Source: Atractiella rhizophila | Taxonomy: Eukaryota | NCBI GenBank assembly: GCA_021432655.1 | Contig: MU271196.1 | Coordinates: 62,001 to 126,000 of the forward strand | Length of the DNA: 64,000 nt | Direction of reading: 5' to 3' | Part shown: piece by piece, positions 52,425 through 64,000 of the stretch | How positions within the stretch are numbered: the stretch's first letter is position 1 | Layout of the letters: every line of letters starts with the position of its first letter | Notes under the pieces: generated by a model | Told to the model about the DNA's origin: nothing | Database searches by the model: none | The model's input: only the letters and a program-made list of their open reading frames with translations | Program-made: the position numbers and the translations under genes

Positions 52425-53699
52425 ATGACGCGCCATTCCAAAAACAATACCGCAGGGTCCGCTTTCACATATCACGAGCGCCAGTCGCTCAATGTCGACT
52501 ATGGTTCGAAGCGACAACGATTGGGGGCAGAAAGCATGCTGCAGTTCGACTCGTGTACATTGTGCCAGAGCAGTGCCAGGGAACCTATGTATGTATTTAC
52601 GTTTGGTGTTACACATTCGGTGTTGACGAAGTGCTTGGACGGGTAGGGTGTGCGAGGAAGGACACCTTTATTGCAAGGTCAGCTTCTTACCAACCGAACA
52701 AGCGCATCCAGAAAGTTGATGATGGTTTCTGTAGGAATGCGTCCTCTCAGATCTCGTTGTGCAGAAATCCTCTATCCAACGACAAACACTGCTCCTCCAG
52801 AAACTAGCTGCCGACGAAGCCTCTTCTCTCGCATTAGCAAAACAAAAGGCGCGGGAGAGGGTGCTAGAAGACTTCGAGCGCAGCCAGAGCTTCTCCGGAT
52901 CAAAGGCAGCAACAAATGGGAAGAGCAAAGGGAGCAGCGGGGATGTAAAAGAGGGGAATGGAGCAGGCACTGCCGCTGGGGCAGGGGTGAAGCGCAAGCG
53001 GGTCGAGCTGGAAGAGGAGGAGATATCGTCTCGAATAGCTTCGTATGAGAACGAGGCGGCGCTAGAGATCGAACGAGAGGCGGCAATTGCTCGTAAAGCG
53101 AAGCTGCCGAATTTTTGGCTGGTGCGCATCCACTTTCCCTCTTTGCTTGCTTCCAGTCTTGATCGTAACGGTATTAGCCTTCCCTAACTCCTTCTGCTGC
53201 TCCCGACAAACTCAAAGCGGGCGAACTCAAAACACTCTGTCGAGCAGTGGATCCTCCACATCCCATGAATTTGAAGGGACTCATGAAGGTCTCCTTCAAG
53301 GAGGGAAAGGAAGGCGAGGGGAAAGTGTGTGCTTGTTGTGAGAGGGTCCTAAACAATGGCATCAAAATATTCGGTCCGTCCTTCCCTCCCCTTACCGCAG
53401 ATAAGATTATTGATCAAATTGTGCATCTAGCGCTGAAATGTAGCCATATTCTTTGTTCGACGTGCATCGACAAACTTTGCGGCGAAGGTCGTTGTGCAGT
53501 CTGCGACGTGTCGTTCGACGAGACAGCAGAGCCGGCTGCTGATGCGAATGTGGGGAGAGAGGGGAATGGAGAGGGAAAGAAGAAGAAACGGAAGAAAGGG
53601 AAGGGTAAAGGAATCATTGAACTCAAGAGGGAAGGGACGGGATACGCGAGTGGTGGAAGAGCAGAGGCGAAGAAGGAGGGCGTTTCATTTCAGGCTTAA
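52425..53699 (+). CDS. NOSIP: NOSIP-like RING/U-box protein
   Basis: MTRHSKNNTA...FTYHE, YGSKRQRLGAESMLQFDSCTLC, KLPNFWLPSLTP, CSHILCSTC, EGTGYASGG. Confidence 0.92.
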
Positions 53700-53823
53700 C
53701 TATTGCTCTCTCCTCATCTTGGAAAGTATAATGACGAACATAGCATGTCATGTATTCCATCCGTTCACAGGAAGCGAATCAATGGACAGAACAAGGCAAA
53801 AGGTTTATAATTTAAACCCCAAA

Positions 53824-56639
53824 TCAGAGAAATAAACTTCGTTCCCTCAATGCCTTCATCCCAATTCCTCCCAGTCCTCCCTCCTTACCCACAACTCCTT
53901 CGCGCTCTCCAACTGGTTTAAGACGCTGACTCCTTTCCACGCGAGGATGCAAGGATCTATCTCCCGAGGAGGAGGGATGACACCTACACTAGTCAAGCCA
54001 GCGTATCGTGCTTGCAGCAGTGGGTTCAAGCTATCAAATATACTAAGCAAGAGACCGCGTGGAAAACGAGGACGAACCGAGCAGTCAAGGCGTTCGAGAA
54101 CCCATTCACCTTCACTCCACCCCCAACGACGAGGATAGTGCTAGCCAACCTCTTCGCACGCTCTTCAGAGATTCCAGCCGCCGCTATACATTCGGTAATG
54201 GCAACGTCAAGCGGTACCTTGCTAGCCTCCTTCACAACGTCAAAGCCCCTTCTTCCAGCGAAACCATTCAACTGAGTATCCGGACCCTGCCCTAAGCTCG
54301 GTGCTGGACTCGCTCCTCGTCCTGGCGTCGAGCCCCCTGGCGTTCCGACCGCGGAGGGGATCTGGAGGTGTCCCTGAAGAGCAGCAGGGATTAGCGTCTC
54401 ATATCCTCCTCCTCCATTCATAGCGACGTCGCCGCCGCCGTCCACCATCTCGGAATGACCATTCGTTGCGGATATCGGGAAGGCGGCCGGAATGGAGGGA
54501 AGGAGATGGCGAGTGCAGAGACGCATGCTTGCTGTCTGTTACATTCATCAGCCAAGGATGGCTAGATGACACAACATCGACTAACCTCAGCGTTGAAACC
54601 CATGTCATACATGTCGTCCGTGTATTCTTTATCGCACAGCCAGAGTTTTGGGCGTTTGAACTGCCTCTCAAATTTGCGCTCGAAGTCAATAATTCGAGGA
54701 TTGAACAGGGCCTTCATAACCAGAACAATTCCAAATCAGGTTTGATGAGTAGAGCTAGGGAAACGCACCAGAGGAGCTATATATGCATCCTCGTAAACCT
54801 TCAACTGATACTTTTCCGTCGGCCGTCCAAACTTTCTCACTGAGAACTCAAACAGGTTCAGTCCATAGCCTGTCTATTTACCTTATCAATCAGCCAACAG
54901 CCAGCAGATGAAATGAAAGGACCAACAGACCTCGCTCAACGTGCACACTTGCTCTTTCAAGCCTTCAAGCATCTTCCAGTCATAAGCCCGGTTGAGGTCG
55001 ACGTTTTTATAAGGAAATTCGAGTTTGATGAGGAGTTTGAGGAAGAGTTCAGTGATGTCATCTCCACCAAAGGCAAGGCAATTCCTACCCAACCCCAAAA
55101 AAAGAAGAAAAAAGCAACAATAGAGTGAAAGAAAAGGAGGTGTACGAACCGTGTCTCAGGCAAGACCAGACCCTCCTCCACGCAGCTGATGCTCGTCTTC
55201 TTCGCTCCGACGTCGACAACGCAAGCAGTTGTAAGTCCAGCTCCGAACGCAGCACACAAGCTTTCCTGTAAAAGTCATCAATAGGGCTTTCGGTTGGAGA
55301 GATAGAGCAATATGCCTGCTGCAAAATGATCTGAGAGAATCCCAAGGTCCGTAGCAGGAGATCAGTCATTTCCACAATGTAAGCCTGATCGTTCAAGTCG
55401 GGCACCACAAGGATGACGGAGTAATCCTACACATTCCCCTTTACGTTAATGCAGCAGAAAGAGTGCAGGACGGCGCACCCCCAAATCCTCCTTCTCTATC
55501 TCCCAATTCTCCCTCAAGATTTCTAAAAAGAACATCTCCAAATCCCCCATCAGTTCCGCCGACGACGTGTAATTGGTAGTGTTAAACCCTCCTCCGTTTA
55601 TCGGCGTACGAACGAGAAACTGTTCCGGTCTCGCTAGGAGCAAGGCCTAGCACCCATTCGTCTACAATTTCAGCATTGCTGGACAGGACAGAGGGGCGAT
55701 CAGAGAAAGGAAGGATGTGATACGAACATGTTCTCCTACCCAGACATCCCTCGTCTCAATCGACCCATCATCTCCCGGCTCTCCCTCCGTCCACTCCACC
55801 CGATCATAATCGTTTATTTCCTGAATGACGATCCTGTCCACCTGGGAGTTATGACCCTTTGCCAAACCCTGTCCATTCGTCTGTCCCCTCAACTTCAAGC
55901 TCCGCATCTTCGCCTTCAAGTCCGCGCGCAACGCATTCACTTTCTCCTGGAACGGACTCGTCGGTCGCTCCTCTCCATCTTCGTCCCCGGAAGCTTGGGA
56001 CTGGGATGGAGGGGAGCGAGGGAACGGCGCGGGATCCCATTCTTCCACCGTTGGTTGTGCTGGTGGTCCTCGACGGCGACGAGCGATGACGGTGGGAATG
56101 GTGAGAGGGTAGGGATCGGAGGAACGTCCGATGCGTGTGTAGCGTGAGCCGGGGTGGATCACGATTGCCTCCTCTTTCCCAGACCCGGGTCCACTCCCGT
56201 TAACACCTGAAGCGTCCTCTTCCCGTTCTTTCCCCTTCCTCTTCCTCTTGGGGTCTGGCTTTCTCACTGCCTCCCCTTTCAACAACAATCCGCCCGGTTC
56301 CACATTACTCTGTTTCTCCAAATCCACCTCCATCTTCTCTGCATCCCCATTCACATTCTCCACACCCGTCACATCATTTCCATACGTCTCCGTTCCCTCA
56401 TCCCACCCCGCCAACCTCCTTCTCTTATTCGCTCTCTCACGTTCCAGCTCGACACCTTCCAGCCGTCGATTCCACCACGACTGCTTCTCGGTCTTGCAAA
56501 AGTTGGCGGCGACGTTCTTCGCATTCAGGTACCCGATGACATGGTAGGTCGTGTATTTGAAGGAGACGGTAGGGATGGCAGGGCTGTCTGGTGGAGCTTG
56601 GGCGGAGGGAGCTGGTGCGGTGGCTTTCTTCTTGGGCAT
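53824..56639 (-). CDS. ARP8: Actin-related protein 8 (INO80 complex); apparent 1-nt deletion near the C-terminus
   Basis: NAKNVAANFCK, IVIHPGSRYTRIG, AAFGAGLTTACVVDVGAKKTSISCVEEG, FGGDDITELF, PPREIDPCILAWKG. Confidence 0.92.
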
Positions 56640-57314
56640 TTTGATGATCTAATTGTACAAAGGCGTGGAAAGTATTAGTTTGATAATCTCTTGTGAACCG
56701 AGAGACACCATTGACGTTGATAGCAGCTGGAATGTTCTTCTGCCAATTGCCCGCGTGCCCTTTGCTTGAAGAAGAGAGACTCACCTAAGAATTTATACAA
56801 CTTGACTTTCTCGTTCACGAAGTGGCTGTTACAATTTTAAATCAGAAAGAGAGGTTCTCGCACTTTTTGTCTTTCCTAAGTTTATCGCGTCGTCTCTTGC
56901 ATTCAGTCACTACCCGCCTGACTAAAGAGCGTGATCTTCCGTGACTAACCTCACGACAGTTGTGTTCCACGTGTTTTGCTCCACGCGTTTGTTGCCATCA
57001 ATCAATATTTATTTCAAGACGTGCTGGACACCATCTTATAAGCAGGCTTGTTTTCTTTTCAGCTTCCTATATACTTGGCTTGTTCCCCACCCTCCTTTCT
57101 CAGAGTGAACAACGTGTTCAGTGCGGGATAACACCAGTCGAGGTGAACATTCGCAGCTGAGGCTAAGAAACGAGCAACGCGCGGTGCATCACGCTCTCTA
57201 TCAGCCAACAACCGAGTCCGCAGATCATATAAGTACTGATTACCCCGCTTCACCTCACTCACTGGCAATCTTCTCGACTTCGTTCTTTCAGCGTCGGACC
57301 TTCCTTTTTTCAAC

Positions 57315-58790
57315 ATGAAATCGGCCATCCTCTCTTTGTCTCTCGCCGCTCTGGCGCTCGCTTCCCCTTTGGAAACCTCCCACAAGAGGGCGACCGTGTG
57401 TAATGGACGTAGTGAGCTGTGTGGGAGGAGTTATGGCAACACGACATTTTTGATGTGTGAGTTCCCTCTTCCCCTTTCGTGATTTCAAGATTTCAAGTAC
57501 GGCGACTCTACCTGGCGTGCTGCTGTCTTCTTGGACATGATTTCGCACTGCAGGATTGTTCCTGGCACCATTTTCTCTTAGGTGTCGAAGAAACATCTTT
57601 GAGGATCCTGGAAAGCGTTCTTTCTTGCCTCCATGATGCATAAAACTTGAGTACAGTTCTGAACCGATCATTTGCTGCAGCACACGACTCCTACGCGATC
57701 TCGACGAACGTCCTCAACCCAGCGCGAAACCAGCAAGTGTCCATTGCGGACCAGCTAGGGTTTGTGTTCCCGCTTTCTCGATTGTAACTTCCTCCTTACT
57801 GTTCGATATCAGGAAATACGGAGTGCGAGCTCTCCAAGCCCAAGCACATATGAGCGGCGGAGTGCTCAAGTTCTGTCACACATCCTGCGTCCGTCGTCCC
57901 TCCTCCTCCCATCCTCGTGCTTCACACTCTGACCGTGATGACCCACAGCTCCTCTTCGACGGCGGATCCGTCGTCGACTACCTCAAGAAGGTGAAGACTT
58001 TCATCGACGCGAACCCAAACGAGGTCTACACGTTGCTCTTCACGAACCCGGAGTCCGTCGCGCTCTCGACGTGGGACCAGGCCTTTGTTGATTCTGGCAT
58101 CAAGCCGTTGACGTATGTGCCGCCCAAGTATCCGTTGAAGAGCAGCGAGTGGCCCACGCTTGGGTCCATGATCGACAGTGGAAAGAAAGTCGTGGTGTTC
58201 ATGGACTACGGAGCGAACACGAATGCGTACCCGTACATCCTTCCCGAGTTCGACTTCATGTGGGAACCTCCGTTCAGCGTGACGGATCCTAGCTTCCCGT
58301 TCGTTCTCCTCTCCCTCCACCCCATCCAATCCTCAATCCTCATTCATTCTTCAATACTGACTCTCAATTTCACAGATGCAAAGTGGACCGAATCTCTGGA
58401 TCCCTCTCCGTACAAGACCATCTGTACATGATAAACCACAACCTGAACGTGAAGCTCATCTCCCTTCCCTTCCGCAACTCCTCCGCCGTCGCCCAAGACA
58501 TGCTCTCCCGCGGCGTCCCCCTCTCCGCCCTGACCGGCGCCTCCACCTCCCCTCTCGGTCTCAGCGCTCGCGCCGCCGACGACGACGTCGTCGAATTGCA
58601 GAAGAGGGCGACAGAGGTCCTCGTGCCCGACTTCTTCAATGCCGGGACGACGAACTCCCAGGCTTCGATCCTTTCGAATGTGAACGGCTGTGCGCCTCTC
58701 GCGGGTGGGAAGGCGACGAGCTTCGTGATGATCGATTGGGTCGATATTGGAGCGGGGAAAGCGACGGTTGATAAACTCAATGGCTTTTGA
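57315..58790 (+). CDS. Secreted PLC-like phosphodiesterase
   Basis: Signal peptide, CNGRSELCGRSYGNTTFL-SHDSYA, ARNQ, GVRALQAQAH, CHTSC, FIDANPNEV, WPTLGSMIDSGKKVVVFMD, YMINHNLN. Confidence 0.92.
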
Positions 58791-58878
58791 AAGCCTTGAA
58801 GGCCCATCCCTGGGCTTGAGTTGCAATTGCAACGAAGAGGGTTTGCGGTTTGGTGCGGATTTTGAATAATAACTGTCG

Positions 58879-58954
58879 TTCTGATTTTTTTGCAAATTGA
58901 TACCCATTTTATCACATTCTGATGTTTTTGCAAAATTGATACCTATTTTATCAT
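58879..58954. repeat. Two-copy tandem repeat, about 38 nt unit
   Basis: ttctgatttttttgcaaattgatacccattttatcaca followed by ttctgatgtttttgcaaaattgatacctattttatcat. Confidence 0.85.
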
Positions 58955-59371
58955 GATCGTCGACCTTTCGCCTCCATCATTTCAAAACCCGAATGTCAAG
59001 CTTTTGATAAATCAATTGGATTGTCAGGACAAAATACATGGGATTTCAAGCAACCTACTCCATTCCTCCTTCCCTTCACGTTCGATAGTCAGACTGAGAC
59101 GATGGTAACCAAAGATCTTCACACTTTTCAAGACGACATCTGGGTAGAAGTGACGGGTGTGTCTCAAGATAAATTCCTACCTTTAGACCTCACGGAGCTT
59201 CATGTGCGGTGAGGAGAACAGAATCAACTGCAACGAAGTTTAACGAAATTTCAAGCTCAGGTTTGGACAGAGATGTTCAGCCACGACATTTATAGCATGC
59301 GATATGTCTGCAGCAAATTTTGAAAAAATGTGCGCGGACGTGACCAGGATCACAAGATTTTTGATTCATGC

Positions 59372-61175
59372 TTATAAGACCCATTGGAAGGTAACTCCGT
59401 GTGTCTGGAAAATATAGTCCCAACGTTCGAGCTCTTCGTCAGCAAATTGAACTTCCAGTGGGAAGTGAATTTCCAGATTGGAAAGAGATGGCGGCGTGCT
59501 GATGATGGTGGAAAGCCACAGAGAAAAATTGACTGATGTTCCTGTAACCTGGTCTAGAATCAATGTGCGCAAAGCAGGTGGAAAATATCCTTTCGATCCT
59601 CGGTCCCACGCAATCAGATGCAACCCGCTGAGGCAGAGGAGTTGCAAATTGTCGCACTCGAGCAGGAGCGCATAGAATTGGTTGCAAAGCGTTTGTCTTA
59701 TGCTTTTGTTCGTCGTCATTTGATCGTTCCTCAGCTCTTCGCCAGACAGCCGCAAACTTTTGATTGAATGTTTAATCCTTCTAAGCAGAGGAAATAAAAG
59801 TTTGTCGATGCCGTGATCCAACAGAGCAAGTTCAAGGACTTGAAGAGTCGGAAAAGGCGAGTTTAGACCAAGATCGTGAACAATAACATCTTGTATCGTT
59901 GTAATACTCTCCTTGTGATTTTCCCTGCCGGCAGGCATAAGAATGGAGGTCAGACCGATTGGGAGGAGCGGCGAATTAGGAAGAGTATCTTTTCCGGACT
60001 TTGCGGAAAACGAATATGCTGGAAGTTGCATATCGAAACAGTTGTCAATCCACCCTTGGAATCCATCCACTCCAAAAAACTCTAGTTTGGTAATGTGCGG
60101 ATACTTCTGAAGTAGAGAGACCAAGAAACGCGGTTTATCATTGAAAACCTGGATGTGACGCAAAGTGCGAAAACCAAACATCTTCTCGAAGTCCGGATCA
60201 TTTCTACTCGGATCACATCGGAAGTAGAAAGGAGACCAGAATGTAAGTGTTTGAATGTTTTGGCACAAATAGCACAATTTGGCGAGAGAGAGATTGTCCA
60301 TACGAGCGGCAGGGTCGATCGACTTGCTTGGTGATACTTTGATGTCAATGTCTTTCAGTCGAATGGACAGCTGTTTCACCGAGGGAGCATAGGCTGGATA
60401 AAGCTCAAAATATCGAAGGAGCTTGTCGACATCCTTGTAAGAACGTAATTCTAGTGACTCTCCACACAAAATGTGCCTCACCTATGGATGGAATAAGTCA
60501 AATACTATGTCAAGAGACTTACAATTGGTTGAACGCGTCTCGATATGCGAAGTAGCCTGAGATTTTCTGCCGTCCAACCGTTGACTACGAAAGAGAATAT
60601 CAAAGTGAGTAGCTCAGTAGGCAGGCAGTCCATTGCAGAGACATGTCTCGCAGTAAAGGACTCGGAAGCATTCGCAGCTCGTCCAACTTGGGGAGTGACG
60701 TGCGAATGAACCGAGGGAGTTGAACGGAGCTTGTTACATAGGTTCCGATCAAAAAGATTGAACGACTCTCTAAGGTCTGGATCAGTTGGAAAACGGAGAT
60801 GTTGCTTGCGTACTTTAAACTGGAAGGCGCGAATTGAAATTGGTCAAATGGGGCAGAAGCAGCACTCCCGGTGGCTCGAACATTTGGCAGGCTGTCTCCT
60901 GTAGCCTTATCGATTTGGGCTTTGATATTAAAGATTTGCTTCGCGATTGTGGTCCAAAAATTCCTGAAGCTAATATCTTCAAGTGAACCGTCGAATGCGA
61001 TCTTCGCCTGCCACCGGACAAGCCACTGGGATAATACCAGCTCTAAGTCTTGCCAGGCAGCTGTTGCCGTATCCATCCCGCTTCTCTGAGCCGTCATCGT
61101 ACTGTGTGGCACCTTAGACTGGAGTGTTGGCGTTTGTTGTTGCTTGTTGATAGCTGTGCCACTTTGTTGGAGCAA
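59372..61175 (-). CDS. F-box-like / LRR-like protein, family A copy 2 (start uncertain)
   Basis: AWQDLELVLSQWLVRW, SAMDCLPTELLTLIFSF, DVDKLLRY, DVIVHDLGLNS; same intron positions as 1818-3600. Confidence 0.8.
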
Positions 61176-61939
61176 ACAACTTGAACGACTTTCCTGTATG
61201 GACGAGCTGGGACGAGTTCTCAGTAGCTGATAGCCATGATTGAGAACCCCATATGGTACGAGAGGGGTGGGACGGGTGAGTTCTTAAATTCCTGTGACCA
61301 TGTTATGTTCAGTTCTCTGATGTGAGGCGATCGAATGCAGAGACGACAACGACTGTGACCTTTCTGACCGTCAATAACGCCATCCCACTCTCGTACCGCC
61401 GCCCTCTGCACCCTCTTGATACTCTCACCTGCTAATTCCGACCATGTCTTCAGCACTTTAAACTCAATTTGTGAAGCACTATGCACCGTTGTCGCCACCG
61501 CCAAAAATCAGGTCCGTTCCACTTCTTTACCGTTTTTCATGCTGAAGATACTTGCAGCATCATTCAAACTCTAGTACAACCACTCAAGTTATGCCGAAAT
61601 CACTACCCGAACGCCGCCTTCCAACCTGCTCGAACTCCATCCTTTCAGCACAGAGAACTGACGCTGATTGAAGCGTTATTCTCCAGGAGAGGGGTAATTC
61701 AGATGGTGGACATTAGTGTTTACAATGTTTATAGGCCGATAAGAGACGGTTGGGGACATTTGAATCCAGCGGGGCGAAACACAAGTCACAGCACCAACTC
61801 CCTCCCATCGCCTTCTTCCATCTCTCTGCCATGGTCGTGGCACTACCTCGCTCATACCCAACCGGCGAAAGCATGTGTCAGCCGTAGAATGAACAGTAAC
61901 CGTCGTGATACGACCACACCCAATGGCAAGTCAGCAGTC

Positions 61940-63100
61940 GTTAAGTGATGTATACTTGGACCAGACCTAGAAGGAGGGAGAAGAACATCAGAACGTTTAA
62001 ATGCATTGATTCATAAGTAATTCCATTATTTTCTTCTCGTTTTAGACTCTTGAGGTTCGCTAGATTGACACGGGAGCATGTTTTGACAAATCTAACAAGA
62101 GCACTTCGCTTTGTCCATGATTGTTCAGAGACATGTCTGCGCAAAGGCGACATTTTGCTCCCAAAAATAATTTTCCACAGTTAGACTTCAACGGGTGCAA
62201 GGACAATTCAAAATAAGACGGATAATATGTTTCCAGAGTCGAGAGAGCTAGTGAAGCTCGGATGATTGTAGAAAGTCATAAAAGATGATCTTGTGAGGTT
62301 CCTACGCTACGTGTGGTCAGGTCATCGTAACATCGAGTTCTTCACCTGACACCCGCAAAATTTTGATTGACTGTTTGATTGTCCTCAGAAGTGGGAATAA
62401 AAGTTACTCAGAACTTTAACCGAACAGAGCCAGTCCAGGAGCCTAAAGAGCAGGCAATGTCGAGTTCAGATTAAGATCGTGAACCAAAAATGTCCTGAAC
62501 CTCATTACGTTCTTCCTAGAATTCTGCTTAACGGCGTCTCGATAGGTGAAATAGCTTGGTATTTTCGAAGCTCCAACTGTCCACTACGAAAGAGAAATCG
62601 AAGTAGCTCTGTGGGTAGATTTTCTAATGAAGAGACGCCTGTCTGAGCTGGATTGTTTGCGGCGCACCCAAGTTGGAAAGCGTCATGCAAATGCGCTGAA
62701 AAAGGTGAACGAAACTTGTTGCAAAGGTTCTGACTGAAAAGGTCGAATGACTGCTTAGAATTTGGATCAGCTTGGAAACAAAGTTGTTGTAAACTAGAAG
62801 ACCGAATTGAAAAGACAGGAAAGAGGAAGAAGTAGTCTCGGAGGCAAGATAATCAGACACAATATCTCCTGTGACTTTATTTACGTGGGCCTTGATACTG
62901 AAACTTGAGGGGCAATTGTGGTCCAAAAATTCTGAAGAAGTGTCTTCAATCGAACAGTCTCTGTGCTTGCTACTGGACGAGTCACTGGGGCAGCATCAGA
63001 TCCAAGTCTCGCAAGGGGGCTGCTGCCATATGTATCCCTTCAATCTTTGAGAAGTCATGGTACTTTCTGGCCACAGTCGGCATTGCTTTGACGTGCCTGG
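61940..63100 (-). pseudogene. Decayed family A F-box copy
   Basis: DLDLMLPQ*LVQ*QAQ corresponds to DLELxLSQWLxRWxA, and SSLENLPTELL is retained; stops and frameshifts throughout. Confidence 0.75.
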
Positions 63101-63857
63101 TGCTTTACTTTTTGGTTTGGAAGGGCGCAGCAGTCAGGTCGAGGTCAGGTGATCTCGTCTTGACAGCCTTATGGACGCACTTCCCGTTGAGCTGGTGGAC
63201 ACGATTTTCTCTTTCGCCGTGCTTGGATGGAATGTCGGGACCTACAGTTGGCTGTGTATTTCTAGAAGGATTGAAGACGTTTATAAGTTTATCAGTTCAG
63301 GGCTTTGATGAGATTTGCTTCCACATGACAAACAGGTCTGATCTGTGATTTTCATAAATGATCTCCCTGCTCCTCTCAAGGAGTATGAAATCATCGACGG
63401 GAGGATCGTGTTGTCTCGTGTTGTCCGCACATATAAAAATATTTCGTGATAAAGTGCGCATCCTTGCATGCTTGGATTGCAATAATTGACAAACTGATGC
63501 ACTATTGCTATGACCAATTTGACAACAGGCCTGTCTATGATCCGTACATATAACCTGCCATCACCTAGCACCTAACCAATAGAACGAGTCCATTGCATTC
63601 GTAACTTTACTGCTACCAGCTGTCACAACCTTCCTCTCCTCGTAGAGTACCTGTTGCCATCAATAAGCCTCATATTAAATCTCAGTCTTTTGACTGGCTA
63701 GCACTTTCATCTTGCGATAATAGTCAATGTACTTCAACTTTGGATTTGGTGGCTGTTTATTGATAAGCCCTCTATTTGTGGAATGCTGCGATCAGCGATT
63801 AATTATCCTGCTTCTTCCTCACAGAACTAGAAGTCTAAGAATTTACTGCGACTCTAG

Positions 63858-64000
63858 GTGAGACGAGCCTTGTGCGAGGAACCTCCCGGCATCTTTGAGT
63901 ACAGTGACGTGCATAAACTGCTTCGATACCTTGCTCGATATCCAAACTATGCACAATGCGTTCGACACTTTCAAATCGATCTCTACGACGAAGCTTATTA
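63858..64000 (+). CDS. Start of the large exon of a further family A paralog (runs off the window end)
   Basis: After a TAG acceptor: VRRALCEEPPGIFEYSDVHKLLRYLARYPNYAQCVRHF, similar to CGKPPDLRSYEDVDKLLRYLTIYPICAPSVKHL; no upstream F-box exon found. Confidence 0.6.
   Translation, partial: MRRALCEEPPGIFEYSDVHKLLRYLARYPNYAQCVRHFQIDLYDEAY

Overview
Eukaryotic, intron-rich fungal DNA (basidiomycete; Pucciniomycotina-like by my impression only), with typical introns of about 42-60 nt and frequent microexons. Conserved genes: cysteine-synthase-like protein, MCP1-like membrane protein, SEC8, a mitochondrial pyruvate carrier largely missed by the ORF track, CLA4-type PAK kinase, CHFR-like RING/PBZ ligase, KAR9+GAS2 protein, amidase, PAF1, TIM44, FMO, NOSIP, ARP8 and a PLC-like phosphodiesterase. 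Interspersed accessory material: a Crinkler-like header+REase+kinase gene, a decayed FunK1 kinase, two F-box/LRR-like paralog families, a tandem Zn2Cys6 pair and relics of local duplications. A non-coding host transcript carries an snR13-like C/D snoRNA and a double-guide H/ACA snoRNA. The best candidate for an undescribed system is a set of unusually long (409-756 nt), extensively self-complementary introns with internal stop-containing cassette exons in three genes for probable mitochondrial proteins. All calls are by eye; no searches or folding were run.
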